From NCBI GenBank assembly GCA_001662655.1, contig KV460251.1: a stretch of DNA of 64,000 bases, one strand, 5' to 3'. The stretch is from Pseudogymnoascus verrucosus (taxonomy: Eukaryota). The translations under genes were made by a program, and so were the position numbers. The notes under the pieces were generated by a model. That model was not told where the DNA came from. It saw only the letters and a program-made list of their open reading frames with translations, and did no database searches. Shown here in pieces: positions 55,617 through 64,000 of this stretch (positions are counted from its first letter, which is position 1; each line of letters starts with the position of its first letter).

Positions 55617-58405
55617 CTACGCCTCAGCATCAATCAAATTCTCCTCCACCTCCCTAACCTCCTCCTCCCTCTCCTCTACCTCCAGCTCCGTCACCGTCGC
55701 CACCCCACCCTCCTCCTCCAACCGAATCCACTCATCCCACTCCGGGAACAACTCCTCATCCCCCTCTGCTCCAGGTACACCAAGAATCTTCGCCACCCGT
55801 CCCTTCTTCCCCGCCTCAAGCTCCCTCTTCCATTCCTCTACCGCCTTAGGCGCCGCGCTAGGCGCGTACGTCTGCGCGAACAGCGCCGCCTCAGCCGCGC
55901 GTCCGGTGCTGCTCAGAAGCGCGATACACGCTGGTACATCGCCTAGCTGCCACAGACACGCGAAGGCGACGTTATGTGCGCCTCCCTCGCGAGCCTGCTC
56001 AGCCAGCGCGGCGAGTCCGTCACGGTCACCAGTTGCAGAGTGCAGAAGCAGCAGGGATCCCAGATCACGTGCATGCATGAAGCATTCCGCAGCCAGTGCG
56101 ACGTCCCAAGCAGCGAGCGCGGCATCACCGACCGTCTTCCACTTGTGCTCCGCGTCAGCGACGCGAGCGAGCGCGAGGGCGGTCGGGAGCTGGTTCAGGG
56201 CGAGGGCGAGGTCGAATTTGTGTTCTGGGTCAGTGGCGACAGAGAGGGCGAGTTCCTTGTGGCCCTGTCCCTCGAGGAAGCGGGCGATCTTGTTGGATTC
56301 GGCGGCGGGGATGGAGGGGAGCAGCTCGGCGGCGGACTCCATGTCGTCGCGGAGGACGAGGGTCTGGTACTCGACGACGGAGAGGGAGAGGGAGAAAGAG
56401 GTCACGGAGACGTCTTTGTCGCAGAGGTAGATGCGCGAGTCGCGCTGGATGTAGCCGAGGAGGTACATGGGCTGGTCGAAGTGGCTGATGGTGTAGGTCT
56501 GGTCGCCGACGAGGTAGTTGAGGCGGTTCGTGCTGTTCGTGTAGATGAAGCAGTCGCCTACCCACTCTCCGGTGCGCACGCTCTCGTTGATGTCGGTGAT
56601 GACCTCGAATGCTGACTCGACGCCATCCTCCTCGACTTCACCGTTCTGCAGAGCGTGAAGGTAGTTCTCCCGCGAGAAGCGCAGGACGTAGAAGGTCTCC
56701 TCGCAAGCAAGCGTGACGAGTTCACCGCTCTCGGACCAGTAGACCTAGAAAATTAGAACGTTGCCGTGCCAGATTGGAGAGAATGTACTCACATTGATGG
56801 GATCAACCTCAATCCTCCTAACCAAGCCACCAGTCTGCCAATCGAACAGGCCGATTCCACCCTGGCCCTTAACACCAAGAAGAACACCACCAGCAAGGCC
56901 CTCAGCCTGGAATCCAACATCAAGTCCCCCAGCCTTCTCCACAAAGTTCTTATAGATCTTCACGCTTGTCGGCGACTCGCGGATAGCGTAGTCATTGCTA
57001 TTATCCTTCGATCCCCAAACAAAGTCCAGCGCCGAGCCGAACGCCTTGTTACGCCACGCCAGAGCAGTGTAGATGATATACTCTCCATCACCGCAGACAG
57101 AGACGAATCGGCCATTGGGCGAGTGAATCAGGGTTTGCGGGTAGACTTCGCACGTGCCCAGGTCCTTGGTGGGGAGGGAGATGGGCTCGTTATCCTTCAG
57201 CGAAGCATCGCCGCCCTTGATGATGGACGACACAACCTCGCTATGCCTGGCCCAGATCAACTTCCCCGAACCGTCCATGGAAACAGCTGGCTCCTCGCGA
57301 CCCATCTTGATAACAACCGCTCCATCGTCGAAACCGATTCCGACGCCCTGCTTGCCGCGCTGGTAGCTAACACACCACGCGCGTTCTAAGCCGTAGTTGA
57401 GGGACTGCTCGAGGCGGTAGGTGTTTGCGTGCCAGATCTTGACGGTTCCGTCTTCTGAACCAGATATGATGACTGGTAGCTCCGGGTGGTAGCAGGCGAA
57501 CGAGACATTGCTGGTGTGGCCCTCGAGGGTGGCAATCAGGGACTTGGTGGTGTAATCCCAGATCTTGACCGTCCTGTCATCCGAGGTAGTAAGGAGATAC
57601 GGCTTATCCGACTGCGGGTAATAATCCACGTGGTTGACACCCTTCGTCTCATGCGCTTCCAACGTAAAGTTCGCTGTCGAGCTCCCCAGACTCCAAATCT
57701 TGACTGTGCGATCCAAACACGCCGAAGCAAAGGTATTAGTATCCTTCGGGTTAATAGCCAGTCCCATAACGTAGTGCGCATGTCCCTCAAAGACCTGCAC
57801 ACACTTCCACCCCTTCTCCCAATCCCACAGCTTAATAGTCATATCATCGGAGGCGGTGAGAACGAATGGCTGGGTGGGGTGCACGACGATGGCGCGGATG
57901 TAATCCGGGTGCGCCTCGAAGGTGGTGATCTTCTCCGAGGTGTTGTAGTTGTACACGCGCAGCTGGAAGTCGTCGGATCCACAGACAATCCAGTTCTTGC
58001 GCGCGATGAAGCGACCCGCGCGCACGGGAACGTCGGTCAGCTCGAAGGTTTTGACGATCGACTGGGTCTCGTAGGACCAAATGTATACATGGCCTGGAGT
58101 ATATATGTCAGTTCCCTGACCTTGGGGGGTGCGGGGAGGCTATCCATACCATTGTAAAGTGTAGTCAAGATCCACGGCTCTGTAGGATGGAAATCAATCC
58201 CCTTCACCCTCTCGCTCCTCGCGAAGAGTTGTTTCTATAATTCCATGCCCGTTAGCCAACTATCCCCAAAACCCTCCTTCACATGCCTCCAACATCCAAC
58301 CCCCCCCTCCCTCCAGCACCACCACCAGTTCCCCAAATTCAGGGTCCCCCATCATATAACAGACATAGCAAAACCGGGAGCACAAACCTTAACGTCCAAA
58401 CGCAT
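55617..58405 (-). CDS. SEC27: Coatomer beta' subunit (COPI)
   Basis: [29 protein letters not shown]40 repeats ([24 protein letters not shown]), [35 protein letters not shown]. Three introns. Confidence 0.97.
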
Positions 58406-59042
58406 CTTGCCGACTCTCTCTCGTGCTCCGTATTCGTCGGCGTTGAAACTCTCACACAAACACTCTCAACGTGGCTTCCTCGCCAAATCTCAATCAACAG
58501 TGAGTCGTCCTTGCGTCTCCCTCAGTGAATTGCAAATAGCAGGGCGTATAGAATCCGGGGCCTGCGTCGGATATATGCGCAGTGATTGCCCTGGGGAGGT
58601 AATGGATTCGTGGGTTTATGGCGGAGTGCGGGGAGGGGACAGGAGAGCTGCGGCGGTCCTTTTTGGATTTCGTGGTCTTTGGAGCTCCAGCTGCGTGGGC
58701 TGCCGGTCTACACCGCCGTAGGGTGGTACGCTAGGCTGGATTGGGTGGGGTTGGATGTTGGTGCCTGAGGCTTGAAGTTAGGTATATGAATATCACGTGA
58801 AATAATTACATCAAAGTCACATGATATGTTCGCATTATACTGAGGAGTTCGATATCGCAACAGTATACCAGCAGCTCTTAAGACTAGGAAATTAGCCGAC
58901 TGAAAGAGATTATTAACTCATTTCATTCTACAGGTGGTGGACTCCAGTGCCATGAACTAACAAGACTGCAAGCGGCCATAGCTCCCTCTACGGCCAAAGG
59001 AATCTCTCATCAACGGGAGAATCGCTATGAGGCAAAACCAAA

Positions 59043-59122
59043 GATGACAGGAACATATAGTGACAGCATATACTACTGACGACAGCGGCTACGATGACAG
59101 CAGCTACTATGATGACAGCACA
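59043..59122 (-). repeat. Dispersed copy of the YTGTC motif array
   Basis: GACAG at 59046, 59062, 59081, 59096 and 59114 with non-identical spacers. It lies at the 3' end of a minus-strand helical ORF remnant (59107-59364). Confidence 0.65.
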
Positions 59123-59510
59123 CCAGCTTCCGCAAGCGAACGAGGCATTCTGCTCCAGGGCTCCAAAAGCTCATCATTTGCATTATCCAGAGCGGCAACC
59201 GTTCTCCTGATTGCCTCGAACATAACTGCCCCTCTGGCGGCTTCCAACGTAGTTACGAAACACACGTACTTGAAAAGTGATCTTGGTTGTTTGTTCGAGT
59301 ATATCATATATTCATACAGATTCATATTCGCAATTGCCATCAAGACAACGCTTCTTCTAAACATAACAAATGAGTGGCTTTATCCGAAGCCGGGAATCGC
59401 AAAGAAAAACAGCGCCTATAACCCTTTCCCCCCCTCCACTAATTGCGCCTAGAAAACGCAGCAGAGCCCTTTTAAAACCACCAAAAAATGCACGAGGTAA
59501 ACCCATCCAT

Positions 59511-60749
59511 CTATACCGCCTCGCCCTGCACACGCTCGACAATCTTGACCAAATCATCAAACAGCGGATGCGTACGCTCAACATCACACACCTCCTCGAC
59601 AATCTCCTTAGCGTCCTTCGTGCTATCCATCAGCCTCGCGAGCTCCTCACTCTCCTTATCATCCGGTACATTCTGGAATCGGAAGGTCATTTCCGCCGCC
59701 AGCAACAGGGCGGAATACTCGCGCCCCATCTCCGCCAACTCGGTAGCCGGGCCGATGAAGCGCTCCTTGCGGCTCAGCTTACGGAGCGGGTCGCGGCCGA
59801 CGCGCTCAACCGAGTCCTCAAGGTGGGGATTCGAGATGCGTAGCAGGATGCGCTCGACGTACTCGCTCTGCTCTTCGGCTCCGATGCCGTGTTTGCCGAC
59901 GATCAGACTACTCGTCTCCGCCAGCGCGCGACGCACCTGCTTCACGATGCGGGGGTCCTGCATGGCGTCGAAGACGGTTTGTTTCTTGTGGTAATACCCG
60001 TGGTACGCTGCGGCAGCGTGACCAGTATTGACGGTGTACAACTTCCTCTCTATGAAGGGCACGAGGTCATCGACCCACTTAATACCCTTAATATCCGGCG
60101 GGGAGTACGGCGCGAACGGCGTACGGTCCACGACCCACTCCGAGAACTTCTCGAGTTTGACGTCGAGCCCCGCGTTGGGGTCTTGCGCGGGCACGATGCG
60201 GTCGATGGCCGAGTTGGCGAAGCGCGCGCGGTTGCCGAGGTCGAGGATGCGGTAGGGGGATACGCCTTTCTTGATGAACTCGGCGAGGGTGTCGGTGGCG
60301 CCGATGGCGTTCTCGCAGGCGATCACGGAAAGGGGGCGGAGACCGGAGGCGCGGCGGTCAATTCCCTGGGCGATGACGGGGGCGATGAATTTGAGCACGT
60401 TGGGCCCGACGGAGCAGGTTACTACGTCTGCGGTAGTGATTTCCTTGATCAGGGCGGCCTCGTTGATCCGGGAGTTGATGGCGCGGTAATTCCTTACTTG
60501 GGACCTCTGCTCGCCCTCGGTTCCTACTTGGATGACGTCGTACGAGTCCTTTGCGTTTAGCAGGTCGATAATGGAGTCTTGCACATCCGCGAAGACAACC
60601 TCATATCCAGAGTTGTGTAGGAACTAAGTCGATGGTTAGCCTGATAATGAGAAATAAAGGATTCTAAAACAACTTACCTCGCCAACGAATCCTCTCCCGA
60701 TATTTCCAGCTCCAAAGTGGACGGCCTTCTTCTTATCGCTCTCCTCCAT
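59511..60749 (-). CDS. mpdA: Mannitol-1-phosphate 5-dehydrogenase
   Basis: [74 protein letters not shown]...ERFIGPA; one intron ~60624-60678. Confidence 0.96.
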
Positions 60750-63700
60750 GTTGTTGGTGATAGATAAGTTCTCCATTGTTCCGTTTATGGCGTATGATAA
60801 AAACGATAATGTTCAGGGGTGCGTATGATCATGCGATTCCACTCATGCGAAAGAGCAGGGTGTGAAGAAGTGGAATGTGTTATTTGCTTTTCTGGAGAAT
60901 CCGGGGAAAAGGGAAACGAGGTCGATGATATATGTATGAGGGGGTGGGGGAGCCTGGCTGGATGACACAAGTGGGTGGTGATGAAGTGGATTTTGGGTGG
61001 ATGATGGCGAGTGTTTAGTGTGACTGTAGTGCGAGGTTCAGAGCGTAGTAGTGGGGTTGGCGTTCTGGTAAGGAAGGAGATTGTGGATCTGTGACGTAGG
61101 ATAGCGGGTGGGGTTTTGAGGGGAAGTTGGAAATCGACGACGATGGTGATTGTAGGTGATAAGAGGTAGTAGTAGTAGATAGATAGTAATAGTAGTGGTT
61201 TATAGGTAGTGGTTTTGTCCTAGAGGGATGCAATGGTTTATGAATGTACGGAAAGGGGCAGAAGAGGCCATCTTTATAGTTCGGCGGAAAGAGGAAGACT
61301 CAGGCCGGGGGTTGCCCCATCATCGTCAGGTTCGTCGCTGCCGTGGGCTGATGCAAATACAGTACTCATCTACTAGGGATACTAAAGATACCACGGCTAT
61401 CCCAGCTCGACTTATCCGCCGGACCCTTGGAAGATGGAAACATTGAACATTTGAAAAAGAGGGTCTAAATTATCCAATCCACCATACATCGCCGTCAGCT
61501 CAAGCAAATCAACAAATCAGGCTTAATGCACCCGAAGTACATATGTACGACACTATAGTGTGGGCATGTAAGGATGTACAGTACTCTAAGCGTTTTGTAA
61601 GGACGGAAAACCACGCAGTTCATGCCTCCTGCTTAGTTTCTTGGTATCATACCACTCATACATACCCATACGTAGTAAGACGACAATCCAATCCATAGAT
61701 TGCAAGCCCGGGGAAACATTCAAGTGTCAAAGAATTGCCTATCGGCGCTCTCACTCCCTCACCCTCTCCTAATCCACAAACACGCCCAATCTATCCGCCT
61801 ACAGATTTCCATATTAACCCGTCCAGGGTCCTGCGGGCGGAGCTTATCCCAAACCGTGTCACAAATGACGCCCATGGCGCCTGTGCCGTCCACACATCCC
61901 CATTGTACAGACCGCAGTCAGTCCCCTTCCCGGCCGCACACTCACCACAATCGTTCAGCCAAGTAGCCCTGTGCCCCGTTACCGTATCAACACCCTTAAG
62001 TCGCGCAAAACACACCAGCGCTTGCCGGCGCCTTCTGCGGCTTCCGCGGATTGATTGCCCTCTCAATTCTCGGTAAAGTAAAGGAGGATGATCGTTGCGG
62101 CTTTTTCGCTACGGCTTGCATGGATAGGGGTTCGGTATGCGCGTACAATAACGTGTACTATAGTTGAGTTTCGGCGATGAATAATCCCCTTGACAAAGAC
62201 CGAGGAGATAGGAATACCAGGATTGATCCGTGGCCCTTTCCTTCCCGGCGTTGCTTCGTCTTTCTCGGCCTTGGCTTGTCGTGACACGACAGAGTGTGGT
62301 TGACGGGTTGTTACCTATGACGACACCACGCCTTGGAAGGAACGTGTGTGGTGTGTAGTGAGACGGCGGCGGGCGCCACTACCGCTACGGTATGCAAGAT
62401 GACGCCGACGACAGCGATACGGTAACACACAAAGACAGGTAGCCGTTAGGTTGCACGTGATAACGAAGACAACGGCACACGACGCGGATCATATTCACAA
62501 GCTCATTCACAAGCACATTCACACATGCACTCACGATACCCCTTTCCACTTCAACCTCCAAACTTCCCCATCCAGCCTCTCAAAAACCACCCTTCAAAAC
62601 CACAAATCACTCAAACTCCTCAACTCACTCACTTAACTCCACAAAAATCCCGTGATAGCCCCACCCCGGCCGATCCGATAAACAAGGACCGAATCGGCAT
62701 CCCTCTCTGCCTCATCACTCACCCAATCACTGTCCAAATAACTTCAAGTAACAGGCAACTCACAAACAATTATGGGTCCTGACTCGCATTTCCAAACAAA
62801 CTGCCTCCGCCGAACGAGTACGAATCTCAAACTTGTCGTCGTGTCCGTTTCCACACTGTACATCCATCCGGCCGGGGCGTCAAGAGATAAGAGAAATGGC
62901 TGAGGTAGATACGATATAGCACGAACTGCTTGCCCCACAACGGAGGTACAGTTCAGTCTCCAGTCTAACAGTGGCTCATCCTCGCCCAGTTGCCTTATCC
63001 CTCAGTCCCCCGTCCGTCACAACCCGCTCTCATACGCACTAACTTAATCCCCTTCATCGTCGCTGTCAGCGCTGATTGGTGGGTCGACAGTACGCCCATG
63101 TGATTTCAGGTACCAATGCATAATCCGTTACTGGTGGGTTTCGTTATTGGCTGTGGGCGTGGAAGGGGCGAGGAGGGACGAGAAGGAAGGATGGGATGAG
63201 GGGATCGTGAGGAGGGGGTAGGGATGAGGGGATCGTTGAAGGGGTGTGGTGAGTAGGGGATGGGGAGTTGGTAATGGGGTGTTGGGATTGGAGCTGGTAG
63301 ACGGGCCGATGAGCCTGTTTCTCATATCGTCGTTGGTATTGAGGGAGGACTCATCGTGCGAGGCTTTTATGAGCCCTAACCCTTTTTCTTTCAATCTTCA
63401 AATATCCCCCTTCACTCTCCTCATCAAGAAAGCCGAACAAGTCAGCTCCCCCAGCCTTCAACCCGCACACGGCAACACAGTACATACCGAGATCTACACT
63501 CCTACCGAGGCCCACCCCAGTACATCAATCTCAATCTCAACGCCCCATTCATTCCCTGACAGCGGGTTCACCCGCATCCATCTTCCCCAGATAAAAAAGC
63601 AAAGAAAACAACGCACCTAGGAGTATAGTTCATAAAACGTGCATTTGATAGTACATACACACCATACACAGTCCCCCCTCTTCCAATACACTATTTCACG

Positions 63701-63829
63701 TGCAAACACAGGGACCCGGTATCACCCACCCACCCCTATCTCCCCCTTCCCAACCTCCCCGCGCTTCCCCGCATCCACCCCCTTTCACAACCCAACCCCA
63801 GAATCCAAACCCAGACCCAGAATCCTCCT

Positions 63830-64000
63830 CTACGCCCCAGGACTCAAACTCCCCTCCTCCTCTCTCCCCCCGCCAATCTCTCCCCACGCCTTCCTCGGAC
63901 TACTAGCAGGACTAGTCTTCACCCTCGGCCGACTCATAAACACCGCCTCCATATCCACCTCCTCCTCCTCTATCAACGCCTCCCTATCCACCCCCCCTTC
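63830..64000 (-). CDS. 3' end of a hypothetical fungal protein, truncated by window end
   Basis: Open frame EGGVDREALIEEEEVDMEAVFMSRPRVKTSPASSPRKAWGEIG..PGA*. Protein-like; the VFMSRP.VKTSP motif looks conserved (recall only). Confidence 0.5.
   Translation of the reverse strand, partial: EGGVDREALIEEEEVDMEAVFMSRPRVKTSPASSPRKAWGEIGGGREEEGSLSPGA

Noticed and set aside
55486..56615. Long plus-strand ORFs (314 aa, 213 aa), and similar ORFs opposite KDM5, FAL1, SHP1 and mpdA
   Set aside because: They are antisense shadows of GC-rich, codon-biased real genes and have no independent protein features.
63372..63384. CCCTAACCCT as a telomerase RNA template
   Set aside because: A single 10-mer is expected by chance in C-rich DNA, and I could not recognise a pseudoknot or CR4/5 element. 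A covariance search would be needed.

Overview
This is intron-containing genomic DNA from a filamentous ascomycete (GT..AG introns with CTRAC-type branch points). It resembles a Leotiomycete such as Pseudogymnoascus, but the genus is my inference. I call 23 protein-coding genes, two of them truncated by the window edges. They are mostly conserved housekeeping genes (AYR1-like SDR, KDM5 demethylase, SLX1, eIF4A-III/FAL1, PRP9, MIM1, SHP1, 5-formyl-THF cyclo-ligase, NDUFA5, EPS1-like PDI, TDP1, ACBP, SEC27, mannitol-1-P dehydrogenase). There is also an accessory-looking block (CoA-binding protein, Zn2Cys6 TF, DsbA-like, Pth11-like, carboxylesterase), an Argonaute, and one full-length Fot1/pogo transposon with 52-bp TIRs and a single RIP-like nonsense codon. 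Three things stand out. (1) A G-protein alpha domain with degenerate G1/G4/G5 motifs is fused behind a helical N-terminal domain resembling HeLo-like/STAND effector domains. (2) An unannotated ~25.5-28.9 kb tandem array of ~0.8-1.2 kb diverged units; each has a promoter-like module, and three end in a YTGTC motif array with ~21-bp spacing, with related copies dispersed elsewhere (24-25 kb, 59 kb, weakly 19.4 and 55.1 kb). (3) The Argonaute appears to lack the glutamate finger and has an upstream region built from repeated TATA modules. All calls are from reading the sequence; no searches were run. Three N-gaps limit what can be seen.
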